Part shown: one piece after another, positions 9,317 through 18,495 of the stretch
How positions within the stretch are numbered: position 1 is the stretch's first letter
How the letters are laid out: each line of letters opens with the position of its first letter
Source of the DNA: Escherichia coli
GTDB taxonomy: Bacteria > Pseudomonadota > Gammaproteobacteria > Enterobacterales > Enterobacteriaceae
Reading direction: 5' to 3' (one strand)
Assembly (NCBI RefSeq): GCF_022493435.1
Contig: NZ_CP028751.1
Length of the DNA: 24,000 nucleotides
The notes under the pieces: generated by a model
Databases searched by the model: none
What the model saw: the letters and a program-made list of their open reading frames with translations, nothing else
What the model was told of the DNA's origin: nothing
Program-made: the position numbers and the translations under genes

Positions 9317-9880
9317 ATGTATAATGCTAATCCCAATTACGAAATGGACTTCATGATTCTGAAAGACGTGAATGAACACATGGAAGGTCTGTTTCAACGT
9401 TTTTCTAAACTGTTACCTTTCAGAATTGATTTTGCCTACAGGAAAGACACGCCCAGTTTTGGTCATTCCTGTAGGCACAGTATGTGTATTGAAATGCACC
9501 GCTTACTTAGTGAAACCCAAACGATGCTGGCGGGATATTACTGGGTAATGGAATATACGTCAAACAAGGGACTTCATATTCATTTTATCGGCTACCTGGA
9601 TGGGCAACGTCACAAGAAATCTTATCGGATATCCAGGCAACTGGGAGATATCTGGAGGCGGATCACGGAAGGGGAGGGGTATTTTCACCTGTGCAGGGCT
9701 AAAGACAAATACCCGGTGCGTATCGATCACGTGATTCACTATAGTGATAAGTCTGCGGTAGACGACTTACGTTACGCCCTTAGCTACCTGGCTAAACAGG
9801 ATCAGAAAGAACACGGTATTATTCTGGGCCGTAGCAGGCTTCCTGAAAAAAGTAACCGGGGCCGACCACGACATAACTGA
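9317..9880 (+). CDS. YagK/YfjJ-family (Inovirus Gp2-like) protein, 187 aa
   Basis: ...LPFRIDFAYRKD...YWVMEYTSNKGLHIHFIGYLDG...LRYALSYLAKQ matches the family pattern of CP4-6 YagK and CP4-57 YfjJ. taAGGtctataaaATG provides a weak SD. Confidence 0.8.
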   Translation: MYNANPNYEMDFMILKDVNEHMEGLFQRFSKLLPFRIDFAYRKDTPSFGHSCRHSMCIEMHRLLSETQTMLAGYYWVMEYTSNKGLHIHFIGYLDGQRHKKSYRISRQLGDIWRRITEGEGYFHLCRAKDKYPVRIDHVIHYSDKSAVDDLRYALSYLAKQDQKEHGIILGRSRLPEKSNRGRPRHN

Positions 9881-10087
9881 ATTACAGCTGTATTAGGTAT
9901 TAGAATTAAGTTTCTGTAAGTTGTTGGGAGGTGCTTGAGTTAATAGGCAGCAGAGGGCGGCTTTGTCATCAGTGTAGGGGACCCGAATTTCTGCCGTGGT
10001 GCCTCAGTGGTTCGGATACAGGTAACGATGTCAACGCCATGATGTTTGACTGTCTTGGGGATGCGGACGATTTCCTGGACTGCTTTA

Positions 10088-11619
10088 TCATTCCAGCCCG
10101 CATTGTTGGCGGTACATTTTGGGGCTGACGGCACCCAGCGATAATTTTATACGCCGCTCGTTATACCATCTGATGTAAGCATCCACTTGCTGCATGAACT
10201 TTTCTGGCGTGATGCCCGACCATTTACGCCCATAATACATTTCCGTTTTCAGTCTGCCGAAAAAGCCTTCGCATGCGGCATTATCAGGTGAACATCCTTT
10301 ACGGGACATTGAGCGAATAAGACCTGCTGCATTCACTCTTTCCAGCCAGCCTGGCCAGCGATAATGCCACCTCTGTCACTGTGTATCACCGGTCGTTCGC
10401 CAGCATTTAACGTTTCGACAGCGCTATCCAGCATAGTGTTGATCAGTTCAGCATCGGGGCGTGTACTGAGAGACCAGCTCACAACTTTTCCATCGAAGCA
10501 GTCCACCACCGGTGATAGCCAGACTTTACCTGCAGGGAGCTGGAACTCCGTGATATCTGTCAGCCATTTCTGATTAGGTTGCTCCGCCTTAAAATCTCTG
10601 GCGATAAGGTTATCCGGAGCCGGTCCGATTTCTCCGCAATATGAGCTGTAGCGGCGACGACGGTTACGGCTGACGACAAGCTGTTCCTCCACCATAAGTC
10701 TGCGTACAACCTTTTCTGATAGCCGACCCCCCTCATGCCTGAGCATCGCATGCAGGCGACGATAGCCATAACACTGGTAATTACTGTTAAAGATATCTGT
10801 CAGCATCGTACGTATCGTGGCGTATTTATCACCGGCTTTCAGTGCAGCCCGGTGATAAAAATAACCGCTACGGGCAAGGCCCAGAACATGCAGTAATTCT
10901 GTCAGGGGATATGTTTGTCTCAGGGCATCAGCGATCTTTGTTTTTTCTCTGTTGTTCAGGTGACTGATACTGATGCCCGGGTCTTTTTTTATGATTTCCT
11001 CCGCCTTTTTCAGAATATCCAGCTCCATCTGCCGGCGGCGTATTTCCTGATTCAGTCGGGCGACTTCCTCCCGCAACGCATCGCGTTCTGCCTCCAGGGA
11101 AGGTTCGTTATGTTTACGCATAGTCTGGTAAGCACTGTTGCCGATAATTTCATCTTTCCATTTATACAATACCGCACGACTGACACCAATACGCCTGGCG
11201 ATTTCACTGGCTGATACTTGTCGTGTACAGAGTGCCATGACAGCCTGACGTTTGACTTCTGGTTCAAAGGGCACAACCGGGTTGGCCTTACTGGTAAATA
11301 TACGTCGTCTGTCGGGATAAAGTTCATTAACCCAGCGAGCGAGCACATCAGTGCAGGGATAACCCAGGGCTCTGCTGGTAAACGCCAGGCAGCAGCCGTG
11401 GTTAAGATAATGTTCAACGGCAACCTGTTTTTGCTCATCGGAGTAACGGTGCTTATGACGAATGGATTCTTTTGCGCCACCACCTGCTTCCCATGAGCGT
11501 CTCCAACGACGCAGATTTCTTTTCGAAGGGTAGCCCAGTTCGCGTACGACGGGAGCCAGCTTCTTACCATATTTGAAATAAAGCTCAATGGCGCGGATTT
11601 TTTCTTCTTCAGTAAACAT
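10088..11619 (-). pseudogene. IS3-family transposase, orfA and orfB fused, with a frameshift in the catalytic domain
   Basis: The protein has three N-terminal HTH-like segments, a leucine zipper (LEAERDALREEVARLNQEIRRRQMELDILKK) and a DDE domain. Translation reads ...VIHSDRGGIIAGQAGWKE*. Adding one base near 10366/10367 restores the canonical ...HSDRGGHYRWPGWLERVNAAGLIRSMSRKGCSPDNAACEGFFGRLK, which is otherwise found in ORF 10088..10336. Confidence 0.8.
10984..10990 (-). other. Altered ribosomal-frameshift site: A7 run instead of A-AAA-AAG
   Basis: The minus strand reads ATC ATA AAA AAA GAC CCG. With one A fewer it would read A AAA AAG, the frame-0 orfA would stop 9 codons later (TGA), and orfB would sit in frame -1. 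That is the standard IS3-family layout. Confidence 0.5.
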
Positions 11620-11788
11620 GTTTTATCTCCTGAGAGTCCAGGAAATCGTCCGCATCCCCCTTATATCATTGGCGCTGACAGAGGTCACCGGAACATTACG
11701 TAACTCCCACTAGACAGTGGTAAACAACGGCACCAATAAGCTGGTTGCGACCTTACTCATTGATGCTCACTACCAAGAGGGGCATAAT

Positions 11789-14029
11789 CTAAAACCTATT
11801 TCGTTTAATCGACGTCTCAACCTGCTTAGCCATTTCAGCCAGTGGGCCTGCTTTCCTGATGTTTTCAATGCGTTCTCTGATCTGGTCTGGTTCCCCGAAA
11901 AAGTCAGCTAGGTCACTCAGTTTCAGGGCGGTGAAACGTCCTTCTGCAGAGCTGATTCCGTGATAACACAATTGTAACAGTAGTTTCAAAAAGGCTTCAT
12001 CATCCCGGATTTGTTCCTGAACCCAGGTCCTAACTGTTTCAACGCCACTGATATCACGCCATGTCCAGATATAACCGTTTAACTGAGGGAAACTGGCTAG
12101 TTGGTCGGTGATCACTTTCCCATTCAGACGATGTGCCAGAGTTTCACATAAGGAGTCGAGTTGAAAAGATGGTATCCACTTTTGCTGCTCATGTACTGCT
12201 CTGTCTCCAACTCTTCCGTGCTGCCACAGCAGATGACGCATATATTCTGCTATCCAGTACCAGGCCTGACCGTTTTTAAACTGTGTGGACAGGAAGTCGA
12301 AAGATTCTTGATCGCTTTCCTTTTGTATCTTATTGATGAGGCGGTCCGTCACGCTCCAGGTGTCTAGGTCATGTATAGAAAACCAGTCATTCTCGTCTTG
12401 GTAGCGTTGCAACATTTTATCTCCGGAATCAAAGAAGAACTGCGCCAGTCCACGGCATTGCTCTGGTGTCCTTGTTGCAATCTGTTGTGTGGTGAGCTGG
12501 GTCAGAATGTGTTCAAACCAGGTTCGGGAGGACAACCCCTTACTCTGGATATACCCGAGTAGACGTTCTGCAAGCCTATGTTGTTGTTCAGGATATCCGG
12601 CGATGTCGAATATCTCATTGAGCATTTCAGGTGAAAGTACATTCTGTGGGGCGGAAAAAGCGAAATAATAGAGCCAGTATGCTTGGCTGCCCAGACGTTT
12701 GCCAGCAGTCAGCAGGGCACTATCCTGTTCGGGAGTCGGTACAAAGAGTTTGATGGGCGAGTCAGTTTTCCAGCCGGTGATACCCGGGACCCAGCGAGCA
12801 AGGGCATGCACCGCATGGGCTTCGGCAGGGAAATAACGGGCAAGGTGCGACTTTAGGCTCTCCGCCATCTCTGCCTGCTCTAACTCACTTACATGCCCGT
12901 CACCGGCGGCTACGACCGCTCGTTCTGACAGATATTCTTCTACCCAGTCATAAAGACCCGCATTTGTTGTGCGCAGCAGTTGAAGGAAGCACAGATCCGG
13001 GAAATACACGTAATCCCGCATGCCCGGGTATAGGAAGGTCAGGGCATTCAGTACCATCTGAACCTCCCTGGGGGTTTTTAATGCTGCCCCGTAGACGTCA
13101 GCCACTTGTGTCAATTGCTCTAGTACAATACGGTCTGGAGCATGCCCGTTTACTTTTCTGTATAACGCGGCAGCGGCATCCCTAAATTTTCTGCGCAAGA
13201 CAAAGGTTTCTGGGCGCGGTAAACAGAATGATATCTGAACAATTTTCTGCAGGTATAGGTTGCCGTCGGGTACCCCCAGCCCTAGGCTGATGGCCTGGGA
13301 TAGGATGGCTTTGTCATAACAGAGAAGGTAGCGAAAGCGAGGAAAGTCACCTACAGATTTAACTAGCCTTATCACCTCAACTGCCTGTGCTGGCTCGAGA
13401 CGATCCAGATCATCAAGCAGTACAATAAAGCTAAGATCCAGTTCATCTATTTTCTTCGCAATTTCGGTCCGCATCTCTGCTGTGGTTTTCTCCTTTTCCT
13501 TCAGCCAACGAGTTTCTGACAGGGCTTTCAACGCGCCACTGGCATCAGGTACGCCGGGAATAACGGCGGCGGCTGAGGCGACGGTTGCGAGATTGCGGGC
13601 AGTTGCCCGGGTGTAGTCTATCATCGTCTTGGCCGTCCGTGTCAGGGATTTTCGTCGTCTGAGAGCTGCCCTTTCCTCAGGCGCTAGTCGCTGTTCCTCT
13701 TCAGCAGCAATGATGTTGGCGACAGGAAGCAGTAACGATGCCACCAGACTTGTGTTGCTCCCGTCGAGCCAGGGGGATATTGTCAATACAAAAGTACATT
13801 CTTCTATTTGTTCGACGAGAGCATTGCGCAGCAGGTTAAGGAGACTCGTTTTCCCTGATCCCCATGGGCCTTCGATACCGATCACTGCGCTACCCTCGCG
13901 GCCAATACCCTTAACGGCAACAGCTAACTGGGTAGCTATGTGGATGAAACCATACTGGTCTTCATCGGCGGAACAGATTGCGCGATCTGGATGTTGGCCC
14001 TGAAGGTTGTCTGCGTGTGGTTGATTCAT
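11789..14029 (-). CDS. KAP-family P-loop NTPase, 746 aa
   Basis: Walker A is IGIEGPWGSGKTSLLNLL and Walker B is FIVLLDDLDRLEP, preceded by the typical DEDQYGF...ATQLA segment. I prefer the ATG at 14029 (GGAG 10 nt upstream). The ORF stays open up to 14209. Confidence 0.85.
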   Translation of the reverse strand: MNQPHADNLQGQHPDRAICSADEDQYGFIHIATQLAVAVKGIGREGSAVIGIEGPWGSGKTSLLNLLRNALVEQIEECTFVLTISPWLDGSNTSLVASLLLPVANIIAAEEEQRLAPEERAALRRRKSLTRTAKTMIDYTRATARNLATVASAAAVIPGVPDASGALKALSETRWLKEKEKTTAEMRTEIAKKIDELDLSFIVLLDDLDRLEPAQAVEVIRLVKSVGDFPRFRYLLCYDKAILSQAISLGLGVPDGNLYLQKIVQISFCLPRPETFVLRRKFRDAAAALYRKVNGHAPDRIVLEQLTQVADVYGAALKTPREVQMVLNALTFLYPGMRDYVYFPDLCFLQLLRTTNAGLYDWVEEYLSERAVVAAGDGHVSELEQAEMAESLKSHLARYFPAEAHAVHALARWVPGITGWKTDSPIKLFVPTPEQDSALLTAGKRLGSQAYWLYYFAFSAPQNVLSPEMLNEIFDIAGYPEQQHRLAERLLGYIQSKGLSSRTWFEHILTQLTTQQIATRTPEQCRGLAQFFFDSGDKMLQRYQDENDWFSIHDLDTWSVTDRLINKIQKESDQESFDFLSTQFKNGQAWYWIAEYMRHLLWQHGRVGDRAVHEQQKWIPSFQLDSLCETLAHRLNGKVITDQLASFPQLNGYIWTWRDISGVETVRTWVQEQIRDDEAFLKLLLQLCYHGISSAEGRFTALKLSDLADFFGEPDQIRERIENIRKAGPLAEMAKQVETSIKRNRF

Positions 14030-14401
14030 ATTCACAAATCTCCGTAAATGCAGCCGATGCTGCGCAGTGTCTGTGACGTGGTACTGTTTCCACGCAAGGC
14101 CAGCAAAAGACTGACCTGCGGTTAGTTTTCGTTTAGGTAAGTGCTTTTGCGGATGGCTCAGTAACGTATCACAATAAATAATGCCATAGTGTATGAGGGG
14201 AAAGTACATACATCTTGTTCCCTCTTCGAAAGTGACAGCCCGGGATAAAGAGGTTACAACGATAAGGGTCTCCCGCCGAAATGATGAATGCTTATGGCTG
14301 GGGAAAGCTAAGAGTATGCTGGACGCTTAGAAAACTGCTAAAACTGTGAACCTTGATAAGTTTGTCCCCGCGCCAGATTACTTCCTTTCGAGGTTGCAGT
14401 A

Positions 14402-15181
14402 TTATCGGTGAAATTGTGGTACCCGAGAGTAGCTCATTCGTTCAAGCGCATCGCCAATATTTTTTAGCAGGTGCCATCGATCGATCACCTGTCTGGCCTG
14501 AGGTGCACCTTCACGTGCTGCTGTCGCATAGACTCCACTGCGATCACGCGAGACAACCTGTATTTCCGGATATTTTCTGAACCAGGTCGCCAGCGTACGC
14601 TGATCACGGCCGGGAAGCAGGACGAGGGGACGGTGAGTATCAAGATTGACGATTAACGTACTGTAATGGTGGCCCCGATGCCACGCCCACTCATCAATAC
14701 CGACATGAGGCGCGCCTGACTGTTTCGTCTCCGGGGTATTGATAACCCTGCGAAGAAGAGTATCAGCACTGCAACGGAGACCCACTGCCGTTGCAGCCCG
14801 TTTCCCGGCCTCACCTCCGGCTATTAATCCCAGTTGACGTTGTAAATTTTGTAACGCCTGTGAAGACTGCTGGTGTGAACCGGCGAAGGGAGCAAGCGAC
14901 TCGGCAAAAAATTTACGTGAACAAGCCGGGTTACGGCAGTACCAGTGGCGGACGGAAAATACAAGCCATAGCGTATGCCCTTAGCAGGGTAGATGCTGTA
15001 TCCGGCGCCGACGACAACTATGAACAGAGTCGCTACGCTTAAAGCATTCAGGACATTGTGCAGTTTTTCGTTTTCCGTGGAGATGGAGGGTTATACCGTC
15101 AGAGCTAATAATTTGTCGACTGCATCGCCATCCGCAAGGTAACTGTAGAAGTGTCTTAAGAGAGTGCATTGAGTTGCCCAA
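14402..15181 (-). pseudogene. ISL3-family transposase, with a nonsense mutation and a 3' truncation
   Basis: N-terminal zinc-finger region ...TAQCPECFKRSDSVHS..RRRIQHLPC. An in-frame TAA lies at 14981-14983. The same frame then continues GHTLWLVFSVRHWYCRNPACSRKFFAES...GIDEWAWHRGHHYSTLIVNLDTHRPL...DRWHLLKNIGDALE. About one third of the C-terminus is missing. Confidence 0.8.
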
Positions 15182-15206
15182 AACTTAAAACAGCTTAGAT
15201 CTTTGT

Positions 15207-15467
15207 TCACCAGAAAGTTTCATCCATTTTCTTCCAGTCAGGTTGCGGAAGAACCACTTTTGCACCGTTCGTGATATTAAGCTTTAAAACGGCAAGGTCA
15301 ATACCCAGTTGTTCCGCCACTATTGTGATAACAGCCTTCGGGGGGAGCTTTTCTGTACGCAGTGTGCGACCGAGAGCACGGACAAGTGCAAGCTGAATGG
15401 CAAAACCAAGACGGTTATGAGACCGCCGCTGAGCTCTGGCAAATGCAATATTTTCGCAGGAGAGTGC
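15207..15467 (-). pseudogene. Tn3-family transposase N-terminal (DUF4158-like) remnant
   Basis: My minus-strand translation gives ENIAFARAQRRSHNRLGFAIQLALVRALGRTLRTEKLPPKAVITIVAEQLGIDLAVLK.... The NRLGFA-QL-R-LG pattern is typical of Tn3 TnpA N-termini. There is no start codon, and the fragment abuts the ISL3 remnant. Confidence 0.45.
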
Positions 15468-15647
15468 TCATCGGGGAATTAAAGTTCAGGTAATCCAAAA
15501 AGCGTATCGTGCGAGTTTGTCACGCAAGAAATCACAGATTTATAGATTCAATTTTCTTCAACTGTAGGACCTTACGGAAAACAAGTGATTTCAAGGTGAA
15601 AAGGCTTAACGTGAGTTATCGCAGAAATGGTTACGGAACATCCTGTA

Positions 15648-15684
15648 TTGTCAAACATGCATTAAATGATTATCATTATCAATT
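15648..15684 (+). promoter_or_regulatory. Sigma-70 promoter overlapped by a Fur box, upstream of the DAHP synthase gene
   Basis: TTGTCA (15648-15653), a 17-nt spacer and TATCAT (15671-15676). The 19-mer ttaaatgattatcattatc (15662-15680) matches the Fur consensus GATAATGATAATCATTATC at 15 of 19 positions and covers the -10 element. Confidence 0.55.
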
Positions 15685-15729
15685 AGTGTGTGCAACAGAT
15701 GGTTAAGAATAGAACTTTCAGGAGATACA

Positions 15730-16764
15730 ATGCAGTCAGTCAGTAAATCAATCTACCGAGGGAAGTTGCTTGGCAGTTTACCTGCTGTGGGCGAGATTCA
15801 TAAAGAAATCGCAGTATCAGAAGAAACCGTAACATGGATCTCTCTGCAACGAGAGATTATAGCGAATATTTTGCTGGGAAAAGATCCTCGCTTGCTTGTG
15901 ATTGTTGGTCCATGCTCAATCCATGACGTTCAGGCTGCCGTTGAATATGCGAAACGATTGTCCGTATTACAGAATAAGTACTTATCGCAAATGTACATTG
16001 TAATGCGCACTTATTTTGAGAAACCTCGAACTCGTAAAGGCTGGAAAGGAATAATGCACGAGCCTGATCTAAATGGAAGCTATAATGTTGAGAAAGGGAT
16101 ACGATATGCTCGCCAGTGTTTGTCCTCAATCACAACAATGCGTGTCGCAACCGCTACAGAATTCCTCGATCCTTTCCTTACTCCCTATATTGCTGATTTA
16201 ATATGTTGGGGGGCTGTTGGTGCCAGAACTACTGAATCACAAACGCATCGTCAACTTGCATCTGGTTTACATTGTCCTGTTGGATTTAAAAACAGCACTG
16301 ATGGAAATATTAACTTAGCTATTGATGCTATTCTTGCAGCCCGTGAACAACATGTTGTATATATGACATCTTTAACAAAATGTATATCTACCCTATTAAC
16401 CGATGGCAATCCACATGGACATCTCATATTACGTGGTGGTAGAGAGCCGAACTATGGTTTGTCGGATATAACGAAGGCAGTGAAATTAATGCATGATGAA
16501 GGTATCAATCATCGTCTGATAATTGACTGTAGCCATGGTAATAGTGGTAAAGTGGCTGAACGGCAAATCTCTGTTGCTCGTGAAGTCATTGATAATCGGA
16601 AAAAGATGCCGGGATATGTAGCTGGAATTATGCTGGAAAGCTTTTTACAAGGTGGAAAACAATCAGACAGCCTTCCGCGAGAGTATGGTCAGTCTGTTAC
16701 TGATGAGTGTCTTTCATGGCAACAGACAGAACAATTATTATCAACTCTGGCAGCACAACTTTAA
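15730..16764 (+). CDS. 3-deoxy-7-phosphoheptulonate (DAHP) synthase, class I-alpha, divergent AroF/G/H paralogue, 344 aa
   Basis: The ATG at 15730 follows caGGAGatacaATG. Hallmarks present: LLVIVGPCSIHD, YFEKPRTRKGWKG, GARTTESQTHRQLASGL, PVGFKNSTDG, IDCSHGNS. The gene is AT-rich compared with proBA. Confidence 0.93.
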   Translation: MQSVSKSIYRGKLLGSLPAVGEIHKEIAVSEETVTWISLQREIIANILLGKDPRLLVIVGPCSIHDVQAAVEYAKRLSVLQNKYLSQMYIVMRTYFEKPRTRKGWKGIMHEPDLNGSYNVEKGIRYARQCLSSITTMRVATATEFLDPFLTPYIADLICWGAVGARTTESQTHRQLASGLHCPVGFKNSTDGNINLAIDAILAAREQHVVYMTSLTKCISTLLTDGNPHGHLILRGGREPNYGLSDITKAVKLMHDEGINHRLIIDCSHGNSGKVAERQISVAREVIDNRKKMPGYVAGIMLESFLQGGKQSDSLPREYGQSVTDECLSWQQTEQLLSTLAAQL

Positions 16765-16893
16765 TTTCAACTATTCAGTATCATTTTTTAAGGGAAAAAT
16801 GAAATTATTTATCTTAATACACCCAATCTGGGCATCAAAGAAACAGATGTTTTATCTGTACAGTTCATTGTTGGAAGGGAAATAAAATATGAC

Positions 16894-17073
16894 ATGAATG
16901 GCAGAAGTGTTATCACTCTGACATTAATATTTTTATTAGGAGTTGCAGTATTTCTAATATACCATCTCCAATGGATGTATCTTCCAGGGTATTATCTGTG
17001 GGGCCTATGTGTATGTATATTGTCAAACCAGTTAGCTCTTATGCTTCATTCCCTAGCCCTTCTTGGCAAATGA
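16894..17073 (+). CDS. Small hydrophobic protein, 59 aa, two predicted TM segments; possibly interrupted by a TGA
   Basis: MNGRSVITLTLIFLLGVAVFLIYHLQWMYLPGYYLWGLCVCILSNQLALMLHSLALLGK* falls below the 60-aa track cutoff. The same frame continues after the TGA for 25 codons (YCTCVGVICDMVAVLFCLCWLKKSN*, to 17151). The SD is weak. Confidence 0.3.
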   Translation: MNGRSVITLTLIFLLGVAVFLIYHLQWMYLPGYYLWGLCVCILSNQLALMLHSLALLGK

Positions 17074-17285
17074 TACTGTACTTGCGTAGGTGTCATCTGT
17101 GACATGGTTGCGGTGCTATTTTGTCTCTGTTGGCTTAAAAAGAGTAATTAAGACTATGATAAAAAGTTAATTTCCAAAGAACACGGTAGGGCGCTAATCA
17201 ATAATCGGATGCATGCTAAATCATATTTTATAATATGTCTGTGGAGATGATGCTAAAGTCATCAATAGTTCTTGAGGAATTCATT

Positions 17286-17366
17286 ATGACTATCATTGGT
17301 ATCGTTCTTGCCAGAAACGTCTTCGCTGTTCACAATGTTGCGTTAAATGAGAAAATGTTCTGGTAA
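17286..17366 (+). pseudogene. IS110-family transposase N-terminal scrap
   Basis: MTIIGIVLARNVFAVHNV... resembles the IGIDLAKNVF-VH start of IS110-family (DEDD) transposases, with the first catalytic Asp replaced by Val. It stops after 26 codons, and only weak similarity continues in other frames. Confidence 0.35.
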
Positions 17367-17640
17367 ACCCCCGGAGAGCACATGCAGTGCTGCCAGCCCT
17401 GATTGTACTTTTACCTCCCTGAGTTATGGGTACCTTGCTAAGGGAGTATTCACCAGTGAACAACATAATACAAAGTAGCGTAAACCTTTTGTTCAAGGTC
17501 AGTCAGGGTATCTCATCGGAATGGTGTGCAATTTAACATCGCTGCCCAGCATGAGTTGATAGGCGTGACCGTGATCCGTACCGTGGGATGTGAGTTTCAT
17601 ACAGGTAATATGATCCTACCCACGTAATGTGGACACGGCC

Positions 17641-18495
17641 CTAAGCGAGATTATGGTTTTCAAATTGTTCCGGGCTGAGACCGCCACAGGCACTGTGACG
17701 ACGCCAGCGATTGTAATCACACTCGATATAATTAAACACCGTTGCCCGCATTATTTCCCGGCTGCTAAAGCGTTCCCCGTGGATACATTCCACCTTCAGC
17801 GAATGAAAGAAGCTTTCCACACAGGCATTGTCATAACAGTAACCTTTCGCACTCATACTGCCACGCAGGTTGTGTCGCTTCAGCAGCGCCTGATAATCCC
17901 CTGAACAGTATTGACCACCACGGTCCGTATGAACAATGACGCTTTCCGGGCGTCTTCTCCGCCACAACGCCATTTGCAGTGCATCACAGGCCAGTTGTGC
18001 TGTCATTCGCGGTGACATCGACCAGCCAATGACGGCGCGTGACCACAGGTCGATGACTACTGCGAGATACAACCAGCCCTCATCGGTACGCAAGTACGTG
18101 ATGTCACCCGCCCACTTCTGGTTCGGGCCGCTGGCGCTGAAGTCCTGCTCCAGCAGATTCTCCAATACGGGCAGGCCATGTGCACGGTAGCTGACCGGGC
18201 TGAACTTCCGGCTGGCTTTCGCCCGCAGCCCCTGACGACGCAGGCTGGCAGCAATGGTTTTAATATTGAACTCCGGCATTTCGTCAGCAAGGCGGGGAGC
18301 ACCGTATCGCTGCTTTGCCTCAAAGAATGCCTTATGGACAGCGGCATCGCAGGTGAGCCGAAACTGTTGGCGCAGGCTCATCTGGTGACGACGCCTGAGC
18401 CAGACATACCAGCCGCTGCGGGCAACCCGAAGTACACGACACATCGCTTTGATGCTGAACTCTGCCCGATGATTTTCGATGAAGACATACTTCAT
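17641..18495 (-). CDS. IS3-like OrfB (InsF-like DDE integrase domain), 284 aa; expressed as an OrfAB fusion by -1 frameshift
   Basis: [30 protein letters not shown]...[29 protein letters not shown]...HTDRGGQY...DNACVESFF shows an intact DDE triad context. Confidence 0.9.
   Translation of the reverse strand: MKYVFIENHRAEFSIKAMCRVLRVARSGWYVWLRRRHQMSLRQQFRLTCDAAVHKAFFEAKQRYGAPRLADEMPEFNIKTIAASLRRQGLRAKASRKFSPVSYRAHGLPVLENLLEQDFSASGPNQKWAGDITYLRTDEGWLYLAVVIDLWSRAVIGWSMSPRMTAQLACDALQMALWRRRRPESVIVHTDRGGQYCSGDYQALLKRHNLRGSMSAKGYCYDNACVESFFHSLKVECIHGERFSSREIMRATVFNYIECDYNRWRRHSACGGLSPEQFENHNLA

Larger units (their letters stand above)
10051..11680 (-). mobile_element. IS3-family insertion sequence; termini approximate
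   Basis: A perfect 24-bp inverted repeat, ggggatgcggacgatttcctggac (10057-10080) against 11636-11659, brackets the transposase. The outer sequence up to ...ggcgctgaca (11680) recurs at 23600-23620, so it belongs to the element. The left terminus (TG at 10051) is less certain. Confidence 0.75.

Noticed and set aside
9931-10134. Overlapping 64-65 aa ORFs on both strands at the left edge of the IS3-family element
   Set aside because: They span the IS terminal repeat and the flank. They have no SD and no recognisable domain, and the mutual overlap suggests chance open frames.
12161-14003. Plus-strand ORFs of 63-124 aa within the KAP NTPase gene
   Set aside because: They are antisense to a long ORF with clear Walker A/B motifs. 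Their composition is typical of shadow frames.
14030-14209. A 60-codon N-terminal extension of the KAP NTPase ORF (start at 14209)
   Set aside because: The KAP-family homology pattern (D-x-x-GF...A..LA followed by Walker A) begins right after the ATG at 14029, which has a GGAG upstream. The extension (MYFPLIHYGIIYCD...) looks non-protein-like. I keep it only as an alternative start.
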